NCBI GenBank assembly: GCA_040217555.1
Contig: JAVJPX010000017.1
Span: 29,626-93,625 of the forward strand
DNA length: 64,000 nucleotides
Direction: 5' to 3'
Source: Oceanicaulis sp.
Lineage (GTDB): Bacteria > Pseudomonadota > Alphaproteobacteria > Caulobacterales > Maricaulaceae
A program made the position numbers and the translations under genes. The notes beneath the pieces are model-generated. The model was not told the DNA's origin. It saw only the letters and a list, made by a program, of their open reading frames with translations, and searched no databases. Shown here one piece after another: positions 1-9,676 of the stretch. The number at the start of each line of letters is the position of its first letter. Position 1 is the stretch's first letter.

Positions 1-1232
1 CAGGTGTGGACGCCCTGGCTGTGGGAACCGAAGCTGTGGCGAACGGCACGTCGACCACCGCGGTCGGCGGAGAATCCAACGCGACCGGGGTCGCCGCGAC
101 GGCCTTTGGCTGGCGCGCCAGCGCGACGGCTGAACGCGCCCACGCCCTGGGGCATCTGGCTTCGGCGTCCGGCGTCCGGTCGCTCGCGGTCGGTGAGGCG
201 GCGAACGCCGCCGGCGAGCAAAGCGTCGCCGTCGGCAATCTGGCGTCCGCCGACGGCGTGGACGCCGTCGCGCTGGGGACCATGGCCACCGCCACAGGCC
301 CGTCCACCATTGCAGCAGGCGGCGAGTCCGTAGCGAACGGCGTTGCGGCGACAGCCTTCGGCTGGCGGTCCAACGCCTCCGCCGAGCGCGCCCATGCGCT
401 CGGCCACCTGGCGTCCGCGTCGGGCGAGCGTTCCCTGGCAGTTGGAGAAGCCGCCAATGCATCGGCGCTGGAGAGCATCGCGGTCGGCAATCAGGCTTCG
501 GCCGACGGCGCTGATGCGGTCGCCATCGGCACGACAACGACGGCCACCGGCCCGTCCACGACCGCCGTCGGCGGCGAGGCGGTCGCAGCAGGTCCGGGCG
601 CCACCGCCTATGGCTGGCGCTCCAGCGCCACCGCGGAGCGCGCTCACGCCATCGGGCATCTTGCGTCAGCGTCGGGCGTGCGCTCGCTCGCCGTGGGCGA
701 GGCCGCAAACGCAAGCGGTACGGGCGCAGTAGCCTTGGGCAATGAATCCATCGCCAGCGGCGCCAACTCAGTGGCGATCGGCAATGGCGCAGAAGCCGTC
801 CGCGACAATCAAGTCGCCGTCGGCTCCAGCCAGAGCACATACACCATGGCCGGGATCGGATCTGACGCCAGCCGCGCCGCCCAGTCAGGCGAGCTTGGCG
901 TTGTCACCACCGACCGGTTCGGCAATCTTGCCGCGGACTATTCCCTGTCCGCCGGGATCGCCGGAAACGCCGGGCTTATCGCGGCCAATCGCGACGCAAT
1001 CGGCGAGAACCGGGGCGGCATCGCCGCGGCGTTCGCGCTGGACACCGCCTATGTGCCGGCGGGCGAGCGCTTTGCGGTGAGCGGCGGCTACGGCTTCTAC
1101 GATGATGAAAGCGCGCTTGGACTCTCGGCGGCCTATCGGGTGAGCCAGCGGATCCAGTTCAACGCCGGTCTCGCCAGCGGCGTCGACCGGGGTGAAACCG
1201 GCGGCCGCGTCGGCTTCGCGGCGAGCTGGTAG
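1..1232 (+). CDS. Trimeric autotransporter adhesin (YadA/Hep_Hag-like), 5'-truncated by the window edge
   Basis: ORF 6..1232. Repeated A-V-G-x-x-A/S-x-A head motifs (AVGEAANA, AIGTTTTATG). C-terminal anchor-like segment ending GGRVGFAASW (aromatic terminus typical of outer-membrane beta-barrels). The frame is open to the window start. Confidence 0.8.
   Translation, partial: GVDALAVGTEAVANGTSTTAVGGESNATGVAATAFGWRASATAERAHALGHLASASGVRSLAVGEAANAAGEQSVAVGNLASADGVDAVALGTMATATGPSTIAAGGESVANGVAATAFGWRSNASAERAHALGHLASASGERSLAVGEAANASALESIAVGNQASADGADAVAIGTTTTATGPSTTAVGGEAVAAGPGATAYGWRSSATAERAHAIGHLASASGVRSLAVGEAANASGTGAVALGNESIASGANSVAIGNGAEAVRDNQVAVGSSQSTYTMAGIGSDASRAAQSGELGVVTTDRFGNLAADYSLSAGIAGNAGLIAANRDAIGENRGGIAAAFALDTAYVPAGERFAVSGGYGFYDDESALGLSAAYRVSQRIQFNAGLASGVDRGETGGRVGFAASW
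96..780 (+). repeat. About 2.7 copies of a 252-bp (84-aa) tandem repeat inside the adhesin gene
   Basis: The motif ATAFGWR/ATAYGWR...AERAHALGHLASASG..SLAVGEAANA recurs at aa 31, 115 and 199 of the ORF (nt about 96, 348, 600). The array probably continues upstream of the window. Confidence 0.8.
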
Positions 1233-1234
1233 GC

Positions 1235-1738
1235 GTGCCCCGAGCCCCCCTTCGCATTGCGGCGTTCTGCATCCGGCGGCTTTTCGCCGCCGGATGTGGA
1301 GCGTTGCTCATCGTCCTCTTCGCGTGTTCAGGCCCGGCGTCGGCCCAGACTGCGGGCCCGGTCCCCGACGAGCCGGTTCTCTCGCGCCTGGTCTGGCAGA
1401 CCCTCATCACGCTGGATAACGCCAACCGGATGAATGATTACGCCATGCTCCACGCGCTGGGCAGTTCCGGATTTCAGGAGCGCAATACGCCGGCGTCTCT
1501 GGGCGCTGTGTTCCAGCCCCTGCGCGAGGCGCGGCTGGATGTGGGACGCGCGGTTCTGGCCGCGCCGACCTGGTATGAGGCGCCCGTGATGCTGGACTCT
1601 CGCACGCTGCGCCTGCGCGGTGGATTCGAGTTCCGCCCGCGCTCGCTGCGCTTTGATCTGGTGTTCGAGAACGCGGGCGGAGCCTGGCGGCTTCACGGCG
1701 TTTCAGTGGCCGATCTGTCGATGGATGCGCCGCGCTAG
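1235..1738 (+). CDS. Hypothetical secreted protein (GTG start, signal-peptide-like N-terminus ...CSGPASAQ)
   Basis: 167-aa ORF starting 3 bp after the adhesin stop. Hydrophobic N-terminus followed by ASAQ. No recognisable family. Confidence 0.55.
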   Translation: MPRAPLRIAAFCIRRLFAAGCGALLIVLFACSGPASAQTAGPVPDEPVLSRLVWQTLITLDNANRMNDYAMLHALGSSGFQERNTPASLGAVFQPLREARLDVGRAVLAAPTWYEAPVMLDSRTLRLRGGFEFRPRSLRFDLVFENAGGAWRLHGVSVADLSMDAPR

Positions 1739-1842
1739 CCTGAAGATCCGCCGATCGGCCGGCCGTCTGCATTCGATTCACGGTAGCCGCCGCGGACACT
1801 TGGCGCAGGCGGCGGCGTGTCGTATGGCTTTTCACGCGGCAG

Positions 1843-1915
1843 GCCGGTTTAGCTCAGCTGGTAGAGCAGCGGTTTTGTAAACCGAAGGTCGGGGGTTCGA
1901 GTCCCTCAACCGGCG
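1843..1915 (+). tRNA. tRNA-Thr (anticodon UGU)
   Basis: Hand-folded cloverleaf. Acceptor GCCGGTT/AACCGGC, D arm GCTC-AGCTGGTA-GAGC, anticodon loop TTTGTAA (TGT), T arm GGGGG-TTCGAGT-CCCTC. There is one G-A mismatch at 27-43. CCA is not encoded (CCG follows). Confidence 0.9.
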
Positions 1916-2314
1916 CCGTTATTCTCTGTCCTCCCTCGCGTCCGCTCGGTCGGGCGGCCCATGAGGGGCCGGCGGGCGGTCGCCCTTGCGGACCCTTCGG
2001 GTTCGAAGCGGGCACGCCGGGACGCGCCGTTTCCTCCTGATGCTCGCTATCGCTCGCTTCGGCCATCAGTTCCGGCGCGCGGTCGCGCTTGCGAACTGGT
2101 TGGGTTCGCGCTTTTCCTCATGCTCAAGCCGGTCCGGGCTTTCGCGGCTCCCTCGATCCGGACAGCCGTTGGGCCCTTGTGGGCCGCCGCCAGGCGAGCG
2201 CGGTGGAAGATTGCGCCCCATCATTGCAAATGCTTCGAACGCGGCGGCGAAGGAACGGCGCTGACCGCACCCCGCAATGAAGCGAATGGATGCGGCCAGC
2301 ACGTGTTCGTGTGG

Positions 2315-2776
2315 TTAGTCGTCGTCGCCTAACCCTCTGCAGCCCCAACCAAGGAACTGCCACTCGCCATCTGTACGCACCAGTGTATCTGCACACTGGG
2401 TGGCGTTTGTGCTGCGATCGCCTTTGTGGTCGGTCGAAATCACATTGGTGTAGTAAAAGGCAATGGCGGTGTCTCCAGCGAGGGAAATCCTCACGGGTGT
2501 CATTTCAACGAAAAGGATTTCACCCTCACCGCCCAGCGCGTCGGCGTAGCGTTCAATCGTTTCACGATCCCGGCCCATGGGATAATCGACCGAGCCCCAA
2601 CCAAAACCATCCTCGTGAAGGACTTCATGCCAGGTGCCCCCCGCTTGGTGCTCGGCGTAAGACTCCTCAACGAAGCTCCATACCTCAGCCTCGGCGGCAT
2701 CCAGGCTTTGCGCATTAGCGCCTGCAGACAAACCAAGCATGGCGAATGCAGCAATCGTCGCGGTGGTGAATTTCAT
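2315..2776 (-). CDS. Secreted NTF2/SnoaL-like (DUF4440-like) protein
   Basis: Start chosen at MKFTTATIAAFAMLGLSAGANAQ (signal peptide) within ORF 2315..2839. An AT-rich promoter-like stretch lies upstream (2840-2940). Family call is by general resemblance only. Confidence 0.55.
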   Translation of the reverse strand: MKFTTATIAAFAMLGLSAGANAQSLDAAEAEVWSFVEESYAEHQAGGTWHEVLHEDGFGWGSVDYPMGRDRETIERYADALGGEGEILFVEMTPVRISLAGDTAIAFYYTNVISTDHKGDRSTNATQCADTLVRTDGEWQFLGWGCRGLGDDD

Positions 2777-2995
2777 AGTAGCGTCCCCGTTTTTTCGACC
2801 CAATCGGTCGACGTCACTGTAGCAAAGGAAAATAATCATGGTTAAGTTTTTTTAATATCTTCCCGAAATGTCTGGACCTTATTTTTGAAATTTTGATGTT
2901 TCGTTCCTGGATCGGTAATTATTTCACCGCCTTGTCTCGATGATGGCGGTCCTGATGCATGGGGTGCAGGGATAGGCGTTCTGGCTCCACTTCAT

Positions 2996-3018
2996 GCCCC
3001 GGCTAGAATAGCCGGGGC
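2996..3018. repeat. GC-rich hairpin GCCCCGGCT-agaat-AGCCGGGGC (member of a recurring CCCCGGC...GCCGGGG family)
   Basis: Perfect 9-bp stem read directly. Followed by TTTGGG on the + strand. Lies just downstream of the ALDH pseudogene stop on the - strand. Related hairpins at 54417-54435, 59928-59945 and 60045-60063. Confidence 0.7.
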
Positions 3019-3035
3019 TTTGGGCGGCGGGAGCT

Positions 3036-3788
3036 AGAAGACTGAAACCGCCTTGATGTTCACAAACTCCTTCTTCCCAAACCCGCCATGCTCGCGGCCA
3101 TGGCCGGAATCCTTCACGCCGCCGAACGGCATGTTGGGGGTGGCGATATTGTAGCCGTTGATGAACATTATGCCGGTGTCGAAATGGTTGCGGGTGAGGC
3201 GGAAAGCCTTGTCCTCATCGCTGTAGAAAATCTCGCCGCCAGACCGCAGCGGCTGTCATTGACGATCCGCATGGCGTCTTCATCGTCTTTCGCCCGGATC
3301 ACCGGGGCCACGGGGCCGAACAGCTCGTCGTCATAGGCCGGCTGGCCGGGCTGGACGCCCTCCAGCACGGTGACGGGATGGTAGAATCCGCGCCGGTCCG
3401 GGACCGGCGCCGCCACAGCGTATCTTCGCGCTCTTTTCCACGCTGTCATCGACCTGGCCGGCCAGCGCGTCACTCAGATCCTGGCGGGCGATGGGGCCCA
3501 GCTGCGTGGTCTCATCGGTGAGATCGCAATCCGGATCGCGTCCATGGCCCCCACGAAGCGCTCCATGACGGCGCCATAGACCGCGTCGGTGACGATGAAG
3601 TCCCAGGCGCTCTTGCGAAGCTCGGCGCCGATGGCGCGGATGAGTTGGGCGGGATCTTCAAGGCTGCGCGTCTTCCACTCCAGAAATGCTGTACGGCGGC
3701 GCTCGACGGCCTCCTCGTCGCTTATCAGATCTTAATCGGCGGCAGGCTCTTCGGTGGCTGGATTGATAGTGTGAAGTTGGCTCGCCAT
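3036..3788 (-). pseudogene. NAD(P)-dependent aldehyde dehydrogenase (succinate-semialdehyde dehydrogenase-like) pseudogene with frameshifts and a large internal deletion
   Basis: ALDH-like pieces lie in different frames. N-terminus MASQLHTINPATEEPAA, then ...SDEEAVERRRTAFLEWKTRSLED..., then FIVTDAVYGAVMERFVGAMDAIRIGDLTDETTQLGPIA, then GFYHPVTVLEGVQPGQPAYDDELFGPVAPVIRAKDDEDAMRIVNDS. C-terminus GIMFINGYNIATPNMPFGGVKDSGHGREHGGFGKKEFVNIKAVSVF*. The total of about 750 bp compares with about 1.45 kb for an intact ALDH, and the catalytic core segment is missing. Confidence 0.75.
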
Positions 3789-3938
3789 GGGCGGCTCCAA
3801 TCGGTGGGGAAACGGGCAAGGCGGACGTCCGGGCCGCAGCGCCGTTCCGCGGCGGCGGCGGGAGCTGCGCAGCGATTTGACCTTTGCGCTTTGACACCGC
3901 ACATCTGAGCCAAGCAAGACAAGCGCGGGAAGATCTTC

Positions 3939-5336
3939 ATGGCCGAATACGACTACGACCTGTTCACCATCGGCGCGGGCTCGGGCGGGGTGCGCGCCTC
4001 GCGCATGTCAGCGCTCAAAGGTGCGCGCGTGGCCGTCGCCGAGGAGCACAGGCCGGGGGGAACCTGCGTCATTCGCGGCTGCGTGCCGAAAAAGTTCATG
4101 GTCTACGCCTCCAGCTATCCCAAGCATATCAAGCATGCCCGCCAGTATGGCTGGGACGTGCCGGAAAGCGTCTCGTTCGACTGGCCGAAATTTCGCGACG
4201 CCATGAACGCCGAGGTGGACCGGCTTTCAGGCATTTATGCGCGCAATCTGAACAATACCGGCGTGGAGCTGATCGAGGAGCGCGCCGAGATCACCGGTCC
4301 CCATGAGGTCACGCTGGCGGGCGGGCGGCGCGTCACCGCGAAACATATCCTGATCGCCACCGGCGGCACGCCGAACAAGGACTGGGATCTGGAGGGCGTG
4401 GAGCACACCATCACCTCCAACGAGCTGTTCCACTTAAAGAAGCTGCCCGAGCATCTGGTGATCGCCGGAGGCGGCTATATCGCCTGTGAGTTCGCGCAGA
4501 TCTTCGCCGGGCTGGGTGTGAAGGTGTGCCTGGTCTATCGCCGCGACACCGTGCTGCGCGGGTTCGACGAGGATGTGCGCACCTTCATCCATGAGGCCCT
4601 GAAAGCCTCCGGCGTCCGGGTCATCACTCACACCGTGTTTGAAAAGATCCAGCCCCACCCGGAAAAGGACGGGTTCAAGACCGTCACCCTGGCCAATGGC
4701 GACGAGATCGAAGCCGACCAGATCGTCTTCGCAATTGGGCGAGATCCCTACACCAAGGGTCTGGGCCTGGACGCCGCCGGGGTGGAGACCGAGACCAACG
4801 GCGCCATCAAGGTGGACGCTTATTCAAAGACCAACGTGGACCATATCTACGCAGTGGGCGACGTGACCAACCGGGTCAATCTGACCCCTGTAGCCATCCG
4901 CGAGGGGGCGGCCTTTGCTGAGACCGTGTTCGGCGACAATCCCATCGCCTACGACCATGACGACATCCCCAGCGCCGTGTTCACCCAGCCGCCCGTGGGC
5001 ACGGTGGGCCTCACCGAGCATGACGCTCGGCGCATCCACGGCGAGGTGGACGTTTACAAGTCCAAATTCCGGCCCATGAAGGGCATGCTCACCGACAATC
5101 CCGACTGGATGTTCATGAAGCTGGTGGTGCGCAGTACAGACCAGCGCGTGCTGGGTGTGCACATCGCCGGCGACGACGCGCCGGAGATCATCCAGGGCGT
5201 CGGAATCGCGGTGAAGGCGGGCCTCACCAAGGCGCAGTTCGACGCCACCTGCGCGGTCCACCCGACAGCGGCCGAGGAACTGGTGACCATGCGCGATAAA
5301 TGGACTCCGCCCGAGGCTGCGTCGGCGGCCGAGTAG
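3939..5336 (+). CDS. gor: Glutathione-disulfide reductase
   Basis: FAD motif [14 protein letters not shown]. Redox-active [14 protein letters not shown]-terminal HPTAAEE dimerisation/His-Glu signature. 465 aa. Confidence 0.92.
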   Translation: MAEYDYDLFTIGAGSGGVRASRMSALKGARVAVAEEHRPGGTCVIRGCVPKKFMVYASSYPKHIKHARQYGWDVPESVSFDWPKFRDAMNAEVDRLSGIYARNLNNTGVELIEERAEITGPHEVTLAGGRRVTAKHILIATGGTPNKDWDLEGVEHTITSNELFHLKKLPEHLVIAGGGYIACEFAQIFAGLGVKVCLVYRRDTVLRGFDEDVRTFIHEALKASGVRVITHTVFEKIQPHPEKDGFKTVTLANGDEIEADQIVFAIGRDPYTKGLGLDAAGVETETNGAIKVDAYSKTNVDHIYAVGDVTNRVNLTPVAIREGAAFAETVFGDNPIAYDHDDIPSAVFTQPPVGTVGLTEHDARRIHGEVDVYKSKFRPMKGMLTDNPDWMFMKLVVRSTDQRVLGVHIAGDDAPEIIQGVGIAVKAGLTKAQFDATCAVHPTAAEELVTMRDKWTPPEAASAAE

Positions 5337-5524
5337 CGGCTCACTGCAGAGGTCCGCTCCCACTTGCTGGCGCGGCGGCCGCAGAGGGGGTGGGGCGACA
5401 TCGTCTCGGCGTTGCGCTGCACTGGAGGTTCGCGCGTCTCTCTGCCGCAATGGGGTTATCGCGGCGCAGCATCGGCGCTATCTTCCAAGGCAAGGTCCGG
5501 ACAAGCCCGCGGCCGATTGAGGAA

Positions 5525-6895
5525 ATGATGACCGCCTGGAGCCCTGACAGCTGGCGCGCGAAGCCGGCGCTGCAACTGCCCAACTATCCCGACGCCGACG
5601 TGCTTGCGCGCGTGGAGGGAGAGCTTGCCCGCCGGCCGCCGCTGGTGTTCGCGGGCGAGGTGAAGCGGCTGAAACGCCAGCTCGCCAACGTGGCGGCCGG
5701 CCAGGCTTTCCTGCTTCAGGGCGGCGATTGCGCGGAGAGCTTCAAGGAGTTTTCCGCCGAGACCGTGCGCGACACTTTCCGGGTGCTGCTGCAGATGGCG
5801 GTGGTGATGACCTTCGCCAGCGCCAAGCCCATCGTGAAGGTTGGCCGCATCGCCGGCCAGTTCGCCAAGCCGCGCTCGGCCGACACCGAAACCATCGACG
5901 GGGTGGAGCTGCCCAGCTATCGCGGCGATTCCATCAACGACATGGCGTTCACGTCCGAAGCGCGCGTGCCCGACCCCGAGCGCCTTTTGCGCGCCTACGA
6001 CCAGTCGGCCTCGACGCTGAATCTGCTGCGGGCGCTGGCGTCAGGCGGTTACGCCGATCTGCACAACGTGCACCAGTGGACGCTGGATTTCCTGGCCGGC
6101 AGCCCGGCGGGCGCGCGCTATCAGGAATACGCCGACCGGATCGGCGAGGCGCTGGCCTTCATGCGCGCGTGCGGCGTGACGCCGGACGCGGCGCCGAGCC
6201 TTGAGGGGGTGGATTTCTTCACCTCGCACGAGGCTTTGCACCTGCCGTTTGAAGAAGCCATGACCCGCATGGATAGTCAGACCGGGCGCTGGTACTCCAC
6301 CAGCGCGCACTTGACCTGGATCGGCGATCGCACGCGCCAGCCCGGCGGCGCCCATGTGGAATACATGCGCGGCATCGAAAACCCGGTGGGTCTCAAATGC
6401 GGTCCGTCGCTGGATCCCGATGAGCTGATCCGCCTCATCGACACGCTGAACCCGCGCGACGAGCCGGGCCGGCTGGTGCTCTATGTTCGCATGGGCGCTG
6501 ACAAGGTGGCCAACGGCCTGCTGCCGCTGGTGCGCAAGGTGCAGGCCGAAGGCCGCAACGTGGTCTGGTCCTGCGATCCCATGCACGGCAACACCCAGAA
6601 AACCTCCAACGGCTACAAGACGCGCGATTTCGAGAATGTGCTGCGCGAGCTGAAGACCTTCATCGAGGTGCTGCGCGCCGAAGGCGCCGAGCCAGGCGGG
6701 GTGCATTTTGAAATGACCGGCCAGGACGTCACCGAATGCGTCGGCGGCGCCGGGCATCTGTCAGAGGCCGATCTGTCCAGCCGCTACCACACCCATTGCG
6801 ATCCGCGCCTCAACGCCGATCAGGCGCTGGAGATGGCCTTCCAGATCGCCGACGCGCTCAAACCCGCGCAGGGCTTACGCGCCGCTGCGGAGTAG
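5525..6895 (+). CDS. Class II 3-deoxy-7-phosphoheptulonate (DAHP) synthase
   Basis: Start at [23 protein letters not shown], typical of class II DAHPS. Contains [11 protein letters not shown] and the length (456 aa) fits. The upstream 75 codons of ORF 5300.. overlap gor and look non-coding. Confidence 0.9.
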   Translation: MMTAWSPDSWRAKPALQLPNYPDADVLARVEGELARRPPLVFAGEVKRLKRQLANVAAGQAFLLQGGDCAESFKEFSAETVRDTFRVLLQMAVVMTFASAKPIVKVGRIAGQFAKPRSADTETIDGVELPSYRGDSINDMAFTSEARVPDPERLLRAYDQSASTLNLLRALASGGYADLHNVHQWTLDFLAGSPAGARYQEYADRIGEALAFMRACGVTPDAAPSLEGVDFFTSHEALHLPFEEAMTRMDSQTGRWYSTSAHLTWIGDRTRQPGGAHVEYMRGIENPVGLKCGPSLDPDELIRLIDTLNPRDEPGRLVLYVRMGADKVANGLLPLVRKVQAEGRNVVWSCDPMHGNTQKTSNGYKTRDFENVLRELKTFIEVLRAEGAEPGGVHFEMTGQDVTECVGGAGHLSEADLSSRYHTHCDPRLNADQALEMAFQIADALKPAQGLRAAAE

Positions 6896-6922
6896 GGGGT
6901 AGAGGAGGTGGGCGGTTGGCGT

Positions 6923-7681
6923 TCAACTTCCGCCATACGCTTCAAGGGCGCTCTGCAAAGTCACAATCGACCCCGTCGTTCGCTCTGAAACGGCTTCGGC
7001 GTACAGAGCCATGATGCCGGTATTGTTCGCGATGCCGTTTAAGAATTCGCCGTTCGCGCGCATGCCGGCGAGGTGGCAAGTCATCACCCTGAGTTCGGCC
7101 AGGCGCGCCGGCCGGATGTCGTTGGCTGTCAGGCCCTCTTCCGGTACCGCAAATTCTTGTCGGATGAGTTCCGGGTAGTCGCGGCTGAGATCGATCGTCT
7201 TGCTCCTCAGTTCGCGCGCAATTTCCCGGCGGGCCTCGCGTGTCTGTATATAGCTCGAAACTGCGGCGCTCAGCGCGGCGTCGCGCATGAAGCTCCGGTC
7301 GCCTGACGCGCTGATTTCTTCAAGCGCAGGCAAATCGGCCGGATCAAAAGCAATCAGATTAGAAACGATGATGAACGCGCATTCGTCGGCGTCCAGTTCG
7401 AGTGCGTCAGATTGAGCGCTCAGCTTTTCAAGAACGGATGCGTTCCTGGCCCGGTTCTGCGCAGCCATCCGTGCGATGCTGTTCCGCTCCTCGCTGAGCA
7501 CCTCGATTTCACCGAGTAGGCGTCCCACGAACGCCCGCTCTTCGGCGCGCATCTGTCGGTCGGAGCCCCAGGCGTTTATCTGAAACCCGATCACGACCCC
7601 GGTGATGACGATGACGAACTCAACCCCGGCGGCGAGCCAGTTCTGAGTGCGAAGCGCGCGGGATATGTTGTCGAGGATCAT
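6923..7681 (-). CDS. Hypothetical single-pass membrane protein (DUF6090-like N-terminus)
   Basis: Start at MILDNISRALRTQNWLAAGVEFVIVITGVVIGFQINAW (TM helix followed by QINxW). The remainder is coiled-coil-like. Visibly lower G+C than its neighbours. Confidence 0.55.
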   Translation of the reverse strand: MILDNISRALRTQNWLAAGVEFVIVITGVVIGFQINAWGSDRQMRAEERAFVGRLLGEIEVLSEERNSIARMAAQNRARNASVLEKLSAQSDALELDADECAFIIVSNLIAFDPADLPALEEISASGDRSFMRDAALSAAVSSYIQTREARREIARELRSKTIDLSRDYPELIRQEFAVPEEGLTANDIRPARLAELRVMTCHLAGMRANGEFLNGIANNTGIMALYAEAVSERTTGSIVTLQSALEAYGGS

Positions 7682-7789
7682 AGGGCCGCCCCCAGCCTTG
7701 GCGGCAGGCCAGCCCACCTGCGGAGGTAGCTTGGCGCGTGGGAGGCGGCGGGGCAAGGCGCTCACTCAAGCAAGCGCCGCTCCTTTCCT

Positions 7790-7827
7790 CAAACAACAAA
7801 ACCGCCGCCCGGTTGCCCGGGCGGCGG
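7790..7827 (-). terminator. Rho-independent terminator downstream of the HU gene
   Basis: Perfect 11-bp stem CCGCCGCCCGG-ttgc-CCGGGCGGCGG (7802-7827), followed on the - strand by TTTTGTTGTTTG. Confidence 0.75.
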
Positions 7828-7858
7828 CCTGATACGCTCTTGATAAGCCTTGTTGGGC

Positions 7859-8125
7859 TTAGATGTCTTTCAGAGCCGAGGCCGGGCGGAACGCCAGGGC
7901 GGTCTTGGCTTTGGACATCATCTTCTCGCCGGTCCGCGGGTTGCGCACTTCGCGCGCTTCGCGGTGCTTGGCGTGGAACGTGCCGAAGCCGGCCAGTTGG
8001 ACGGCGTCGTCCTTCTTGGCCGAGGCCACCACCGCGTCGACCAGGGCGTCGATCGCATCGCCCGCCTGGGCGCGCGTGATGCCGGCTTTGTCGGAGATGG
8101 CTTTGGCGAGTTCGGATTTGTTCAT
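7859..8125 (-). CDS. hup: DNA-binding protein HU
   Basis: 88 aa. MNKSELAKAISDKAGITRAQAGDAIDALVDAVV...GFGTF...REAREVRNPRTGEKM is canonical HU/IHF-family sequence. Confidence 0.93.
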   Translation of the reverse strand: MNKSELAKAISDKAGITRAQAGDAIDALVDAVVASAKKDDAVQLAGFGTFHAKHREAREVRNPRTGEKMMSKAKTALAFRPASALKDI

Positions 8126-8341
8126 GAGAGGTATCCCCCCTTTTGGGTGTTTTTAAGCGCCGCGGGACGGATCATCCCATCGGCGTCGTCCTTGGACCGC
8201 GCCATGAAGCGCGATTCTTAGGGCGTATTGCAAGGCTATACAGGCGATTTCGCTGATTTAACCGCGCGGGGCGCCGTTCAATTGTCGGATATGGTAAACA
8301 AAACCTGTCAAAATCGGCCCGCTGTTTGCGTTTGGGAAACC

Positions 8342-8536
8342 ATGACCCGTACAAGCGCACCATTTCTGAACAGACTCGCCAACACCGGCCTTGCGGTCGC
8401 CGTGACCGTGATGGGCTATGCCGGATTCATGCACATGTTCGGCCATGACCTTCTTGCCTGCCTGGTGGGCGCGGTGATGGGCGGTTTCACGCTCGGCCGT
8501 TTGAGCCGGACCGAGCGTGCCCGCCAGACGCGTTAG
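8342..8536 (+). CDS. Small hypothetical membrane protein (64 aa)
   Basis: Two hydrophobic segments (GLAVAVTVMGYAGF, LLACLVGAVMGGFTL). No homology recognised. Could be spurious. Confidence 0.3.
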   Translation: MTRTSAPFLNRLANTGLAVAVTVMGYAGFMHMFGHDLLACLVGAVMGGFTLGRLSRTERARQTR

Positions 8537-9534
8537 ATCTTCACCAGCATCTTGCCGATATTCTTGCCCTCGAACAGGCCCATGAAGGCTTCCGGAGTCT
8601 TCTCGACGCCCTCATAGACGGTGTCGCGGGTTTTCACCTTGCCGGCCATCATCCAGCCGGAGAGGTCCTTGATGAACTGGCCCTGCAGGTCGAAATGGTC
8701 CGACACGATAAAGCCGCGCAGCGTCAGCTTCTTGGCGACGATCTGGGTGAGGTTGGTGGGGCCGGGCAGGGGGGTGTCGTCGTTATAGCGCGCGATCATC
8801 CCGCAGACGGCGAAGCGGCCAAAGGGTTTGATCACGTCCAGCGCGGCCTGCAGATGGTCGCCGCCGACGTTTTCGTAATAGGCGTCGACGCCGCCCAGCG
8901 GCTTGGCGGCCGCTTTCACCGCGCCGGCCAGATCATCCACCGCCTTGTAGTCGACCACGGCGTCGGCGCCGATCTCGGTGCAGAACGCGGTTTTCTCCTC
9001 GCCGCCCGCCGTGGCGACGACATTGGCGCCCATGGCCTTGGCGAACTGGATGCCGGCCGTGCCCACCGCGCCCGCGCCGGCGCTCATCCACAGGGTCTCG
9101 CCTTCTTTCAGGTCGATCATCCGCTTCAGGCCGATATAGGCGGTCATGCCCGGCATGCCGGCGACGCCCAGATAGGCTTCGGCGGGCAGAAGCTCGGCGT
9201 CGATCTTGGTGATCCCGGCCGCCGAGGCGGTCCAGCCCTCGCGCCAGCCGTTCATGCTCATCACCCAGTCGCCCTCGGCGAAGCCCTCAGCCTTGGATTT
9301 CACCACCTGGCCGACTGCGCCGCCCTCCATGGGGCCGCCCACCTGGAAGGGGTCTACATAGGTCTTGATGCCGATCATGCGTCCGCGCATGTAGGGATCG
9401 ACCGAGAGCCAGGCGTTCTTCACCTGGATCTCGCCGTCCTTCGGATCGGGCAGCTCGACTTCGGATATCTCGAAATACTCAGGCTTCACGGCGCCGGTGA
9501 AGTGCTTGGTCAGGTGAATTTCGCGGCTTTTCAT
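8533..9534 (-). CDS. NADP-dependent oxidoreductase, MDR superfamily (CurA/YncB / alkenal reductase type)
   Basis: Start at MKSREIHLTKHF...WLSVDPYMRGRM. Nucleotide motif AGAGAVGTAGIQFAKAMGA. C-terminal GKNIGKMLVKI. Confidence 0.88.
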   Translation of the reverse strand: MKSREIHLTKHFTGAVKPEYFEISEVELPDPKDGEIQVKNAWLSVDPYMRGRMIGIKTYVDPFQVGGPMEGGAVGQVVKSKAEGFAEGDWVMSMNGWREGWTASAAGITKIDAELLPAEAYLGVAGMPGMTAYIGLKRMIDLKEGETLWMSAGAGAVGTAGIQFAKAMGANVVATAGGEEKTAFCTEIGADAVVDYKAVDDLAGAVKAAAKPLGGVDAYYENVGGDHLQAALDVIKPFGRFAVCGMIARYNDDTPLPGPTNLTQIVAKKLTLRGFIVSDHFDLQGQFIKDLSGWMMAGKVKTRDTVYEGVEKTPEAFMGLFEGKNIGKMLVKI

Positions 9535-9676
9535 AACGGATCTCCCAAAGCTGATTTGGCGCGCACGGTGGCCCGGCAGGGCTGGCCTTGCAAGCGATGC
9601 TGCGCAATGCCGGGAAACCAAATGTGACGCGGCGCCTCGGTTGCGCGCCCGCGCGCTCCGTGCTTCTTGCGTGGCC

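Noticed and set aside
4-333. 109-aa and other Pro/Arg-rich ORFs in alternative frames of the adhesin gene (4-333, 343-732, 742-1080)
   Set aside because: These are frame-shifted readings of the repeat region. The frame starting at nt 6 gives coherent adhesin repeats and a beta-barrel anchor.
1916-2314. Integrase gene or att repeat next to tRNA-Thr
   Set aside because: No ORF with integrase motifs is present, and I could not find a copy of the tRNA 3' end (ggttcgagtccctcaaccggcg) elsewhere in the window.
5300-5524. 75-codon N-terminal extension of the DAHP synthase ORF
   Set aside because: It overlaps the gor 3' end and intergenic DNA. Class II DAHP synthases start close to the [10 protein letters not shown] motif.
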